Below are positions 1-9,853 of a stretch of DNA of 64,000 bases, one piece after another. How positions within the stretch are numbered: position 1 is the stretch's first letter; every line of letters begins with the position of its first letter. The stretch is from Armatimonadota bacterium (GTDB lineage Bacteria; Armatimonadota; UBA5829; DSUL01). The stretch lies in NCBI GenBank assembly GCA_039811685.1, contig JBDHZC010000001.1, positions 352,001-416,000 of the forward strand. Reading direction: 5' to 3'. The notes beneath the pieces are model-generated. The model did no database searches. It was not told where the DNA came from and saw nothing but the letters and a program-made list of their open reading frames with translations. The translations under genes were made by a program, and so were the position numbers.

Positions 1-159
1 GAACGCGACGCCATCGTCCAAATGTTGACGAAAGCCGGCCTGACAGAGGTCACGATGCGCACAGCCCTTACTTTTTCCAGAGAAACAGCGTCCGGAACAC
101 AGCGCGAGTTCAGCGTGTTCCTTGCCGGTGGTCATAAAGCCCAGGCGCCTTCAGCATAG
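1..159 (+). CDS. 3' end of a CDS truncated by the window edge, possibly a class I SAM-dependent methyltransferase
   Basis: Frame 1 is open from base 1 (ERDAIVQMLTKAGLTEVTMRTALTFSRE...REFSVFLAGGHK) to TAG at 157-159; the L..AG...V / F.VFL..G.K pattern resembles small SAM-MTase C-termini. Confidence 0.45.
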   Translation, partial: ERDAIVQMLTKAGLTEVTMRTALTFSRETASGTQREFSVFLAGGHKAQAPSA

Positions 160-289
160 AGTGTACGGCAGGGTCTGAGGAAGGGTCCGGCGGCTTTCAC
201 ACTGTGGCAAACTGTGCTCCAGCGGCCTGCTGCTTTTGCCGATAGATGTGACAGGCGCAAATCCCGCGCACTGAGCAGGCTTATCCAGT

Positions 290-318
290 TTGACAGCGCC
301 CTGACGCTATGGTAAATT
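290..318 (+). promoter_or_regulatory. sigma70-type promoter for the response regulator
   Basis: TTGACA (290-295), 17-bp spacer, TAAATT (313-318), preceded by TG (extended -10). Confidence 0.65.
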
Positions 319-386
319 CCAGTCAAGAGCAGGGGCGAGTACGACCCACTAACAGTGCGGCAAACGAGAGGAAACGATAGGTAAAA

Positions 387-797
387 ATGCCCAAGAAGAT
401 TCTGGCCGTAGACGATGAAAAGCATATCGTCAGGCTTGTACAGGTCAACCTCGAACGACAGGGCTATGACGTGGTGACGGCTAACGATGGACGCGAAGCT
501 CTGGAGAAGGTTGCCTCGGAGAATCCTGATCTGGTGGTGCTCGACGTCATGATGCCCTATATGGATGGCTTTGAAGTCTTGCAGAACTTGCGACGCAATC
601 CCAATACTCGAGATATTCCCGTAATCATGTTGACGGCCAAGGCGCAGGATGCCGATGTCTTTCGCGGGTGGCAGTCAGGTGTAGATTGCTACCTCACCAA
701 GCCCTTCAACCCCATCGAACTGATCTCATTTGTAAAGCGTATTTTCAAGTCAATGGACGACGCGGGCGCCGACGGAGGACGCTACGACATAAGCTGA
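387..797 (+). CDS. single-domain response regulator (receiver domain only)
   Basis: ILAVDDE, VVLDVMMP (phospho-Asp), MLTAK and YLTKPF receiver motifs; no output domain. Confidence 0.95.
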   Translation: MPKKILAVDDEKHIVRLVQVNLERQGYDVVTANDGREALEKVASENPDLVVLDVMMPYMDGFEVLQNLRRNPNTRDIPVIMLTAKAQDADVFRGWQSGVDCYLTKPFNPIELISFVKRIFKSMDDAGADGGRYDIS

Positions 798-1033
798 TGG
801 AAGACACCACACACGAAAGCACTGCACACAGCGAGCAGACGAATACAACGGCCCTGGTTCTCGGTCTCGTCGTGGCCATCGCGGCTGTTGGCCTAGTAGG
901 CCGGTCAGTGTACGACCGCTATATCCAGCCAGAACAGCGCGCTCGGGACGTCAAAGACATCATCAGTCAGTGCCACGCCACAATTCAGGAGATGGACCGA
1001 GCACTCCAGCGCCTGCAGCCAAGCAGCACTTAG
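797..1033 (+). CDS. small single-pass membrane protein with helical C-terminus (78 aa)
   Basis: ATG overlaps the upstream stop (TGATG); hydrophobic ALVLGLVVAIAAVGLVG segment; followed by a terminator. Confidence 0.7.
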   Translation: MEDTTHESTAHSEQTNTTALVLGLVVAIAAVGLVGRSVYDRYIQPEQRARDVKDIISQCHATIQEMDRALQRLQPSST

Positions 1034-1068
1034 ACGCAGCCAGATTTTAGCCTGTATTACCAAACCAG

Positions 1069-1103
1069 AGGAGACGCCAGACCGTGGAGGCGTCTCCTTT
1101 TTT
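1069..1103 (+). terminator. Rho-independent terminator
   Basis: AGGAGACGCC / GGCGTCTCCT stem followed by a T-run. Confidence 0.85.
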
Positions 1104-1581
1104 GTTGTCAATGCAAACGCCTCTCTTGCCGCCGCGCAGGACTCATACGACTAAACGGAGAGTGTCACTAACTATCGAATGTTGCGCTCATCTTGGCTTC
1201 TCAGCCGTCCTCAAAAATAGCGCAAAGGCTCCGATGAGATATTCACCGGAGAATTGGAATCAGCAAGAATATTCCACTGTGAGAGCGCATCAGTGGGTGT
1301 ACTATTATCTAAGTATTCTGCTACAACATACACTTATTCTAAAACGCCACGGCGGTAATACAGTCACAAGGATAAGGGGAGTGCAGCCGGCAAGCGATAG
1401 CGGATGGCCCCGCTGCAGAGAGTGATTTTCCCGTTTCCAACGACAGGAATTGTCCGTGGCGCCAGCTAAGGTATGTGTTCCCTGCGCGTTAGAGAGAATG
1501 CGTAGAGAAGGCTCACAAGGAAACTCTAAATGAAACACGAAACCAACGGAGGATGCTGAGAAAGAGGCGACGGTCAGCACG

Positions 1582-2349
1582 ATGAATGCAGGAGTCTATC
1601 CGAGCGATCTAGGTTTTTCAGCAACTCCTTCCGCCACGCATACGTCACGTACAATAATGCTGTGCGATGCTGAACGGCTGTTTTCCTCAACTCAAACCGA
1701 GTCCGCTTACAAACAGTTAGCGGCGGCCATCGTAGAAGACAATGTCCTGCAGAGGGCTTCGTTGGAAGGTCGCCAGCGCGCTCTTCGGATGTTGCGCGAA
1801 CTCTATGGCCTTAACACCAGGCTGCCGGTCTATCGCGGTCTACGTTGGCTCTGGGATGTCTCCGACTCTGGCGAACACGGCCTGCTAGCAATCATGAGCG
1901 CGGCTGCCCGCGACCAGGTGTTGAGAGTGTCAGCAGAGACTATCCTCTCGGTACCTATTGGCCAGAAGGTGGAGAAGGCCAGTATGGAACGTCATCTGCG
2001 CCTGGCCTTGCCAGGACGCTACAGCGACGATGTCGTCGCAAGAACCACGCGCAACCTTCTGTCTTCGTGGACGCAATCGGGACATTTGTCTGGGCGCTCC
2101 TACAAGGTGCGTGTGCGGGCATCCTGTGGCTCGGCAAGCGCCTGCTATGCTGTTCTTCTGGGTTATCTTCAGGGAGTTCGAGGCCAGGGGCTGCTGCATT
2201 CTCAATGGACGGGGTTTCTCGATGCCAATATTCCTCAAGTGGAGAGTCTTGTGAAGGAGGCGTGGCATCGAGGGTTTCTCAGTTATAACCGTTCCGGTGA
2301 TGTAACAGAGATTGTCTTTGCCGATTCCGTAACAGGAAGGGTGGGTTAG
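1582..2349 (+). CDS. brxA: BrxA-like BREX protein
   Basis: First gene of the operon; THTSRTIML, RNLLSSWTQSGHL and AYAxLLGYLxGxRG-type motifs of the protein usually found before brxB in this subtype. Confidence 0.75.
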   Translation: MNAGVYPSDLGFSATPSATHTSRTIMLCDAERLFSSTQTESAYKQLAAAIVEDNVLQRASLEGRQRALRMLRELYGLNTRLPVYRGLRWLWDVSDSGEHGLLAIMSAAARDQVLRVSAETILSVPIGQKVEKASMERHLRLALPGRYSDDVVARTTRNLLSSWTQSGHLSGRSYKVRVRASCGSASACYAVLLGYLQGVRGQGLLHSQWTGFLDANIPQVESLVKEAWHRGFLSYNRSGDVTEIVFADSVTGRVG

Positions 2350-2351
2350 CA

Positions 2352-2900
2352 ATGGCAGGCATTCCAGAACTGATTGAGGCGTTCGACCGACGTGTGTCGC
2401 TGCAGTGGCAGCAGAACCTCTCTGGGCGGGAGAAGGTATGGTTCTGCATCTACGCGCCGCGCGACGAACGCCGACTGCGCGCTCGCCTCGGGGAGTTCCA
2501 GCTTGCGGCCGAAAAAGCAGGGAAGTGCTGGCATCTTGTCGATCTCTCCTGGGCTTTAGAAGAATGGCTCGCGCGCAACGAGTACTGCAGCAGCTACTTT
2601 GGCAATCCTGAGCTACTTGGTCCAGCTCTCGACGACCTTCTGCAGGAATTAGTCGGTCGTCTGGCAGACGTGCTGGCCACAGCGGATCCTACCACCCTTA
2701 CGGTCATTCTCGGGGTCGGCTCACTTTTTGGATTCCTTCGTGTGTCGAACTTGGTTGAGGCTGTCACCGATCGCATACAGGGCAGGCTCCTCGTCTTTTT
2801 TCCTGGCACCAAGGAAGGCAATAACTACAGGCTGCTGGATGCCCGCGACGGTTGGAATTATCTGGCGGTACCCATCCAGGCTGAGGAGGTGATTCTATGA
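2352..2900 (+). CDS. brxB: BREX protein BrxB (DUF1788-like)
   Basis: 182 aa; GVGSLFGFLRVS, GRLLVFFPG and NYRLLDARDGWNYLAVPI motifs; lies between brxA and brxC. Confidence 0.88.
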   Translation: MAGIPELIEAFDRRVSLQWQQNLSGREKVWFCIYAPRDERRLRARLGEFQLAAEKAGKCWHLVDLSWALEEWLARNEYCSSYFGNPELLGPALDDLLQELVGRLADVLATADPTTLTVILGVGSLFGFLRVSNLVEAVTDRIQGRLLVFFPGTKEGNNYRLLDARDGWNYLAVPIQAEEVIL

Positions 2901-5900
2901 TGCTTAACAAGGACGTGTTTCTACGTGACCCCACTTCTTATGCGCTCCCGAACGACGGCGTGGCGAAAGTTGCGTTTCCGAGCACACCTGAGGAATGGGA
3001 CGTCGCGCGCTATGAGCTGGAGCATTTTGTCTGCGAAGGCGCATACCACGACGGCCTGCTGCGCATTCTGGAGCGCTTTCTCGGAAGGCTAGACGAGCCG
3101 GTGCAGGCGGGAGTCTGGGTGCACGGCTTCTTCGGCTCAGGCAAGTCTCAGTTGCTGCGGGTTTTAGATTTCCTCTGGCGCGATACGAAGTTCCCGGATG
3201 GGGTGCGGGCGCGCAGTCTTGTTCCCAGCCTTTCCACAGACATTGCGGATGCACTCACGGAACTCTCCACGGCAGGGCGCCAGCGCGGTGGGCTCTGGTC
3301 GGCAGCCGGTACACTTGGAGCGGGGAGCGGGGACGACCCTTGTCTGGCGATACTTCAGGTCGTCCTGCGGGCCATGGGGATCCCGGAGCGTGTGAACGTC
3401 GCGCAGTTCGATCTCTGGCTGCGCGAAGAGGGCGTTCGCGACCAGGTTGCCGAGAGCCTCAAACGCGCCGGCAGAGTGTACGAGAAAGAACTCTCGAACT
3501 TATTCGTGTCGGATTCTCTGGCCACGGCAATTCTGGACGCGAAGCCTGGATTCGCCTCAAGTCCGCCAGATGTCCGGCTTGCTCTGCGCGAACAGTTCCC
3601 AAACGTACAGGCTCTCACTACCGACCAGATGGTCGAGATGATGAGAAGAGTGTTCGCGCAAGTTAGCACATCTACTGACCGGTACCCGTTAGTCCTTCTG
3701 ATCCTGGATGAGTTGCAGCAGTACATCGGTAGCCAGCCGGACCGGAGCGCTTCGATTTTGGATGCCGTTGAATCGTGCGTACGTGAATTCGGCAGCCAGT
3801 TGCTCTTTGTGGCAGCTGGCCAGTCAGCCTTGACGCCGGATACGCCGATGAGCCGTCTGCAGGGACGGTTCACGCTCCACGTCGCCCTGGGGGACCGGGA
3901 TGTTGAAAAGGTTCTGCGCAGGACAGTGCTGCGAAAGAAGCCGGAGGCAGTGTCGCAGCTCAGCGAGATCCTGGAGAACGCCAAAGGAGAGATCGACCGG
4001 CATCTGGGAGGGACGAGCATCGCCTCCACCCCAGCCGACCACGACACGCTAGTCGCCGACTATCCTGTCCTGCCGACGCGCAGGCGCTTCTGGGAGGCTG
4101 CGCTTCGGGGCGTCGATACGGCGGGGGCCGCGCAACTGCGCACACAACTTCGCCTCGCCTTCGAGGCTGCCCGGGAGGTGGGAGATCATCCCATAGGCAC
4201 AGTTGTAGGCGCAGACTTCATCTTCGAGCAGCTCCGGGTGTCACTGGTCGAAAAGCAGGTGCTCCTTCGCGAACTGGAGGAGCGGATTGACCAGCAGGAC
4301 GACCGCACGCCCGAAGGTAAGCTCCGTTCGCAGATATGCGGTCTGCTGTTCCTTGTCGAGAAGCTAAACACCACCCTTGGCGTGCGGGCGAACGTGGATA
4401 CGCTGGCGGACCTGCTCGTAACGGACCTGAGGGCAGGGAGTGCGGCTCTGAGGCAGAGCCTTCCCGGTCTTCTGCAGCGCCTCGTAGAGGACGGCATTGT
4501 CTCGCAGGTGCAGGATGAGTTCCGGCTGCAGACCCGCGAAGGCCAGGTGTGGGACGCAGACTACAGGAGCAGGATGGCCGGCATCATAGCGGACGAGGCC
4601 AGGACCGGCCCGGAGCGTGAGACGCGCCTCCGCAAGGCCGTGGAGAGCTCGTTGGCGAACCTGAACCTTTCACAGGGGGAAGCACGTACGCCTCGAGGAC
4701 TGGCTCTCCACTACTCTCCAGAACCGCCACCGGTCGCTGACCAGGTACCTGTATGGGTTCGCAGCGAATGGGATGTCACGCTCGCCGCTGTGAAGAACGA
4801 AGCGGCACAGGCAGGACCGGACAGCCCCAAGGTATTCGTCTTCCTACCGCGTCGCAGCGCGGACGATCTCCGCTCCAATATCGCGGGGTACCTCGCTGCC
4901 GGCGAAGTGCTCGATACCCGTCCCGCGCCGACTACGCCAGAAGGGCGGGACGCCAAGGCCGGCACAGAGGCAAGGCGCCGCGCACACGAAGAGGCTATTG
5001 GCGAGATAGTCTCCGGAATACTCGACGATGCAAGCGTCTTTCAGGGGGGAGCGCAGCAGGTGGATGGCATTGGTCTTGCTTCTGCCGTCGAACTTGCGGC
5101 CAACAGTGCCGTTGTCCGGCTGTTCCCGGAATACCACAAGGCAGACGCAGCCGCTGCAAAGTGGTCGAGCGTAGCATCAAAGGCCCGTCAGGGAGCGCCA
5201 GACGCGATGTCAGCGGTGCAATATTCGGGCGACGCCAGGCAGCACCCGGTCTGCGCGGCAGTACTTGCATTCCTCGGACCATCTGGGCGGTCCGGCACTG
5301 AGACACGTCGACACTTCGAGGCGTCGCCCTTCGGCTGGCCCCGCGATGCCATCGACGCGGCCCTGCTCGTACTGTGCCAGGACACATCTGTGTCGGCGCG
5401 CAAGGACGCCCGGGAACTGAACGTCGCTGACCTCACCGCAACCGCTATCCAGACCGCGCAGTTCCGGGCTGAGGACATTATTGTGAGTGCAGCCCAGCGC
5501 ATTGCCATTCGGGGCTTGCTCCAAAATGCACAAGTGGCTTGCGAGGCCGGCCAGGAGCTCGCCGGCGCTCAGGAGTTCATCCAAAAGCTCGACCAGCTAG
5601 CCGAGAAAGCTGGAGGGTCGCCACCGCTGCCTACCAGACCGACATCGGTCGAGCTGGAGGATGTCCGCAGTCTCGCCGGTAACGCGATGTTGCTCGGCAT
5701 CTGTGAGCGCCTGGAGCCTCTCAAAGAGACCTTCACCCGTTGGGAAGCGCTGTCCGAGACAGCGAAGAGCCGTGTCAAGAGTTGGGATAAGCTGCAGAGG
5801 CTGCTGACACACGCAAATGGTCTTTCGGTCCACGACGAAGTTGAACACGCGGCCCACGCCATTACCAGTGAGCGCACTCTCCTGTCGGAACCCGATCCGG

Positions 5901-6349
5901 TGGCTCCGCTCAACGCAAGGCTGGCCCAGACGCTGCGCGAAGCCGTAAATCAGGCGCGCAACGAGCACCTGGAAGCCTACGATGCCAGGCTGTGTGAGAT
6001 GGAGAGCGATAGCGCATGGCAGAATCTTACGCCGGACAAACAGAGCGCGATCAGGGAAAGAAACCAGCTTGGCGCGATCCCGGAGCTGCACGTCGGCACG
6101 GACGAAGAGTTGCTGGCCACGCTGGATGCTACCAGCCTCGGAAGCTGGGCAGACAAAACGGATGCCGTCTCGGCGCGAATCTCCAGGGCGCTTACGGAGG
6201 CTGCGCGCGAGTTGGCCCCGGAAACGGTCCACGTGGCGCCGCAGCCGGTCACCATCCACTCTCGGGAAGAGCTGGACACCTATCTTGACACCCTCCGGCA
6301 AAGAATCATGGAGTGTATCGAAGCTGGCAACCCGGTAGTACTGCCATGA
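2897..6349 (+). CDS. brxC: BREX P-loop ATPase BrxC
   Basis: 1150 aa; Walker A GFFGSGKS, Walker B LLILDELQQY, PFGWPRDAID motif; ATGA overlaps at both ends. Confidence 0.93.
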   Translation: MMLNKDVFLRDPTSYALPNDGVAKVAFPSTPEEWDVARYELEHFVCEGAYHDGLLRILERFLGRLDEPVQAGVWVHGFFGSGKSQLLRVLDFLWRDTKFPDGVRARSLVPSLSTDIADALTELSTAGRQRGGLWSAAGTLGAGSGDDPCLAILQVVLRAMGIPERVNVAQFDLWLREEGVRDQVAESLKRAGRVYEKELSNLFVSDSLATAILDAKPGFASSPPDVRLALREQFPNVQALTTDQMVEMMRRVFAQVSTSTDRYPLVLLILDELQQYIGSQPDRSASILDAVESCVREFGSQLLFVAAGQSALTPDTPMSRLQGRFTLHVALGDRDVEKVLRRTVLRKKPEAVSQLSEILENAKGEIDRHLGGTSIASTPADHDTLVADYPVLPTRRRFWEAALRGVDTAGAAQLRTQLRLAFEAAREVGDHPIGTVVGADFIFEQLRVSLVEKQVLLRELEERIDQQDDRTPEGKLRSQICGLLFLVEKLNTTLGVRANVDTLADLLVTDLRAGSAALRQSLPGLLQRLVEDGIVSQVQDEFRLQTREGQVWDADYRSRMAGIIADEARTGPERETRLRKAVESSLANLNLSQGEARTPRGLALHYSPEPPPVADQVPVWVRSEWDVTLAAVKNEAAQAGPDSPKVFVFLPRRSADDLRSNIAGYLAAGEVLDTRPAPTTPEGRDAKAGTEARRRAHEEAIGEIVSGILDDASVFQGGAQQVDGIGLASAVELAANSAVVRLFPEYHKADAAAAKWSSVASKARQGAPDAMSAVQYSGDARQHPVCAAVLAFLGPSGRSGTETRRHFEASPFGWPRDAIDAALLVLCQDTSVSARKDARELNVADLTATAIQTAQFRAEDIIVSAAQRIAIRGLLQNAQVACEAGQELAGAQEFIQKLDQLAEKAGGSPPLPTRPTSVELEDVRSLAGNAMLLGICERLEPLKETFTRWEALSETAKSRVKSWDKLQRLLTHANGLSVHDEVEHAAHAITSERTLLSEPDPVAPLNARLAQTLREAVNQARNEHLEAYDARLCEMESDSAWQNLTPDKQSAIRERNQLGAIPELHVGTDEELLATLDATSLGSWADKTDAVSARISRALTEAARELAPETVHVAPQPVTIHSREELDTYLDTLRQRIMECIEAGNPVVLP

Positions 6350-8103
6350 GCCTCCTCGTCTCTGATGACCGGCGGGCGCTGGAGAGAGCCGTTCTGGAGG
6401 CCCGCGGCGTAGCCGAGCGGGCCGCGCACACCGCTCTGGGCTACTTGGCGGTGGATGCACGGGAGCCGGGCACGCATCTCAGCTGCGACGAGCGTGCGCT
6501 GCGCGTTAACCTGCGCGCTCTGCACCGCCGTCTGGGCTCCTATGAAGCGGTGGTGCGCGCCTGCGCTTATCAGCAGTGGCACCGCATGTTTTTCAGCCGC
6601 TTTCTCGCGGACTGCGGCCTGCTGATCCATCCGGATGCGGGCGTGGCTGTGTCTTTGACGGAGTGCGAGGAGCTGGCACAGGACGAGCCGGGCGCCGACC
6701 GCTGGACGATTGCAGCCCGCTATGCCTCCGCCATGCTCCCCGGCATCTTCCCGCAGGACGACCCTCTCCTGAAGGTGCGTCTGATGCCGGAGGGCCGCCG
6801 AAGGCTGGAGACTGTCCTGGAGAGTCTGCCGGATGCTGTCTTTACCTCCGACGACGGATTGGGCTGGAGTTATCAGTTCTGGCAGGCCGCGCGCAAGAAG
6901 GCGGTCAACGAAGCGGAGCGCAAGATCGCCGGCGACGACCTCTGCGCCGTTACGCAGCTCTTCACCGAGCACTACATGGTGCAGTTTCTGCTGCAGAACA
7001 CGCTGGGCGCATGGTGGCTCTCTCTGCACCCGGAAAGCCCGCTGCGGGCGAAATGGGCTTACCTCCACCCCGAGGTCCGTCACGACTTCTCCGGCTGGCC
7101 GTCCACCGCAGCGGAGATCACGCTGCTGGATCCCTGCTGCGGCAGCGGACACTTCCTGGTGGAAGCGTTTCACATGCTGCTGGATATCCGTCGCGAAGAA
7201 AGCGGTGGGGGAACGGATGTTATCGCCTCCGTCCTTCGGGACAACCTGTTCGGGCTGGAGCTGGATGCGCGCTGCGTGCAGATTGTGACGTTTGCTCTGG
7301 CGCTGGAGGCGTGGAAGGCCGGCTACTCACCTACGGCGCAGCTTCCGTTGCCAAACCTCGCCTGTACAGGCCTGCCCGTGGCCACCACACGGGACGCCTG
7401 GGCGGCGCTGGCCAATGGCGACACTAACCTTGCTGGCGAGTTGGAGCGCCTGCACGAGATTTTCTCGAACGCGACGGAACTGGGCAGCCTTATCGATCCA
7501 GGGCGGATGGGCAATCTACTGGTCCACCCGGATGAGCTTCTGGCCGCGCTTGGCCGCGCCCTGCAGCGTGAGAAGAACGTGGCAGACCCGGTGGCGCGCG
7601 TATTCGGGGAGGCGGCGCTCGGGTGCGTACGGGCGTTCGACATCCTTCAGAGAACGTTTCATCTGACCATCACAAATCCACCTTTCCTGCTCACCAGCAA
7701 GGCGTCGGACGTGCTGCAGCGGTTCTGCCGCGCTGCGCACCCCGAGGCGCGCAAGGACCTGGCCACCTGCTTCGTAGAGCGCTGCGGCAGCTTCACGAAG
7801 CCCGGCGGGCTGTATGCGCTGGTGAACCCGCAGAACTGGCTGTTCCTGGGCGGCGACAGGAAACTGCGCGAGAAGATGCTGAACGGGCAGCAGTGGCTGG
7901 CCGTGGCCCGGCTGGGGGAGAACGGGTTCGAATCGCCCCAGGCGGCAGGCGCGTTCACGGCTCTGCTGGTGTTCGCGAACAGGCGACCGACGGCAGAGCA
8001 CGTCTTTCTGGGTATCGACGCCTCCGCGCCGAAGAAGCCGGCGGAGAAGGCCGCGATCCTGCGGGAGGCGGTGGTGGGGGAGGAGGGACAGCAGCCCGCT
8101 TGA
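6346..8103 (+). CDS. pglX: PglX adenine methyltransferase, N-terminal catalytic part of a split gene
   Basis: ATGA-coupled to brxC; WHRMFFSRFL, AVTQLFTEHYMV, motif I LLDPCCGSGHFL and motif IV ITNPPF; ends before the target-recognition and C-terminal region. Confidence 0.9.
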   Translation: MSLLVSDDRRALERAVLEARGVAERAAHTALGYLAVDAREPGTHLSCDERALRVNLRALHRRLGSYEAVVRACAYQQWHRMFFSRFLADCGLLIHPDAGVAVSLTECEELAQDEPGADRWTIAARYASAMLPGIFPQDDPLLKVRLMPEGRRRLETVLESLPDAVFTSDDGLGWSYQFWQAARKKAVNEAERKIAGDDLCAVTQLFTEHYMVQFLLQNTLGAWWLSLHPESPLRAKWAYLHPEVRHDFSGWPSTAAEITLLDPCCGSGHFLVEAFHMLLDIRREESGGGTDVIASVLRDNLFGLELDARCVQIVTFALALEAWKAGYSPTAQLPLPNLACTGLPVATTRDAWAALANGDTNLAGELERLHEIFSNATELGSLIDPGRMGNLLVHPDELLAALGRALQREKNVADPVARVFGEAALGCVRAFDILQRTFHLTITNPPFLLTSKASDVLQRFCRAAHPEARKDLATCFVERCGSFTKPGGLYALVNPQNWLFLGGDRKLREKMLNGQQWLAVARLGENGFESPQAAGAFTALLVFANRRPTAEHVFLGIDASAPKKPAEKAAILREAVVGEEGQQPA

Positions 8104-8106
8104 CGC

Positions 8107-8159
8107 GTCAAGTTTTTTGACATCAAAACTTGACATGTTTCCCCAAGGTATGGCATTAT
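8107..8159 (+). promoter_or_regulatory. internal promoter with inverted-repeat operator for the AbiE-like pair
   Basis: Perfect 10-bp inverted repeat GTCAAGTTTT (8107-8116) / AAAACTTGAC (8125-8134) overlapping TTGACA (8130-8135); TG-G-CATTAT (8151-8159) with an 18-bp spacer; ATG at 8166. Confidence 0.75.
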
Positions 8160-8165
8160 CTGGCT

Positions 8166-8885
8166 ATGGAGCGACGCACACGACAAACGAAGAGCGCGGC
8201 GGGGACCGTCCGCCGGAAAGTGACCTCCGGCGGGTCAAGACTCTGGACGCATGCTGACTTTGCAGGACTGCCTGCTGCCGCGGTAAGCCAATCCCTCTCA
8301 CGTCTGTGCAGGGAGGGTGTGCTCCAGCGCGTGCGGAAAGGTGTCTATCACCGGCCCCGTCAGACAATCGTCGGGCCCAGCCGGCCCGCGGAGTCCGCAG
8401 TGGTGTTCAAGGTGATCGGAGGCAGCGCGCGCCCCACGGGCCTGACAGCCGCAAATGTGCTGGGACTGTCCAATCAGACGTCGCCTGTCGCATCCTACGC
8501 CGTGCCGGCTGCCAACAGGCCGACGCGGCTGGAGGGCGTCAGGGTCATCGCCCGCCGCCCCGAGCTCCCTCGCCGGCTTGGGCCCAACGCGGCCGCCATC
8601 CTGGAGCTACTGAGGGACAGGGGCCGCTGGGCCGAGCTGTCACCGCAAGAAACGGTGGCAAGGATGCTGGAGCTGCTGCGCGAGGAGGGCCGTTACGAAC
8701 AGCTTGCACGGGCGGCTGAGAAGGAGCCGCCCAGGGTAAGGGCCATGCTGGGCGCGCTTGGCGAGACCATCGGCGCGCCGGCGACCGTTGTGGAAAGACT
8801 CCGCAAGTCGCTGAACCCGCTGTCCCGGTTCGAGTTCGGAGTTTTCCGGCTGCTGCCGAACGCGAAAGCGTGGCAGGCGAAATGA
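8166..8885 (+). CDS. AbiEi-like / DUF6088-type type IV TA antitoxin (wHTH regulator)
   Basis: N-terminal wHTH pattern (DF..L...AVSQSLSRL.REG.L.RVRKGVY); directly upstream of, and ATGA-coupled to, an AbiEii-type nucleotidyltransferase. Confidence 0.82.
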   Translation: MERRTRQTKSAAGTVRRKVTSGGSRLWTHADFAGLPAAAVSQSLSRLCREGVLQRVRKGVYHRPRQTIVGPSRPAESAVVFKVIGGSARPTGLTAANVLGLSNQTSPVASYAVPAANRPTRLEGVRVIARRPELPRRLGPNAAAILELLRDRGRWAELSPQETVARMLELLREEGRYEQLARAAEKEPPRVRAMLGALGETIGAPATVVERLRKSLNPLSRFEFGVFRLLPNAKAWQAK

Positions 8886-9853
8886 GGCTGTTCGAGCACC
8901 CGGACTTTGCCGATATCGTCGAGGCTGCGACACAGGAGCTTCGCGCCTCGCGGTGGCCCCGCATCAGCGCCGCCATCGTGGAGAAGGACTACTACGTCAC
9001 TGAGGTGCTGCGTATCTGTGCGTTGCACCAGGGCGACCGTGTCCTGCTAAAGGGCGGCACCAGCCTGTCGAAGGGCTGGGGTCTGATCCAACGATTCTCG
9101 GAAGACGTGGACCTGGCGGTCATTGCCAGCCGATTCACCCCTCCGCTCAGCAGGGGAAAGACGAAAGCTGCGCTGAGGGCGCTGGCGGAGCGGGTGTCCG
9201 GCCACCCGGCGCTGACGTGCCTCGCGGACAGGGCGGGGGCGGACAGCGATTTCTTCCGTGACGATCGGTTTGGCTACACAAGCTCGGCATCGGGGCTCCC
9301 CGGCGTGTCCCCGACGGTGTTGCTGGAAGCCGGTTCCCGCAGCGGCCACTTCCCGGTCGAGACATGCATGCTCTCCTCAATGGTGGGCGACTCCCTGCGG
9401 TCGCGGGACCTTGAGGGCCTTGCCGAAGACACGGAGCCGTTTCCGATGCAGCTGCTGCACTACCGCCGCACGTTTCTGGAGAAGCTGTATGCGCTGCACC
9501 ACAAGGTTGAGAGCATCCTGCTTGAAGGGAGCCATATTGGGGCGTATGCCCGGCACTACTACGACGTGGCTGCGCTGGCCGGAACGGGCGAAGTCCGCGA
9601 CATGCTTGCCGGTCAGGAGGCGGCAGCCATTCGCGCCGACTACGACGCCAACTGCAGGAAGCACTTCAAGCATCAGATACTTCCGCCGCATATGAGGCTG
9701 CGCGAAAGCCGCGCCCTGTTCCCGCCAGCGGAAGTGCGCCAGATGCTCACGAAAGACTACGAGGAGCAATGCAGCGTGCTCTGCTTCACGGACACGTGGC
9801 CGACCTTCGACGAGGTGCTGGGGGTGTTCGAAGAACTGAGGGATCTGCTGTGA
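8882..9853 (+). CDS. AbiEii/AbiGii-family nucleotidyltransferase toxin (type IV TA)
   Basis: EKDYYV, LKGGTSLSKGWGLIQRFSEDVDL (DUF1814-like NTase motif), RTFLEKL and RHYYDV. Confidence 0.92.
   Translation: MRLFEHPDFADIVEAATQELRASRWPRISAAIVEKDYYVTEVLRICALHQGDRVLLKGGTSLSKGWGLIQRFSEDVDLAVIASRFTPPLSRGKTKAALRALAERVSGHPALTCLADRAGADSDFFRDDRFGYTSSASGLPGVSPTVLLEAGSRSGHFPVETCMLSSMVGDSLRSRDLEGLAEDTEPFPMQLLHYRRTFLEKLYALHHKVESILLEGSHIGAYARHYYDVAALAGTGEVRDMLAGQEAAAIRADYDANCRKHFKHQILPPHMRLRESRALFPPAEVRQMLTKDYEEQCSVLCFTDTWPTFDEVLGVFEELRDLL

Noticed and set aside
1084..1580. ORFs 1084..1425 (+) and 1305..1580 (-) as a BREX regulator such as BrxR
   Set aside because: No WYL or HTH motifs; the first overlaps the terminator; both look like chance ORFs in an AT-richer spacer
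8071..8103. Simple frameshift at the G5 run explaining the pglX stop
   Set aside because: A shifted frame also closes by 8120, and the missing C-terminal half lies 1.9 kb downstream
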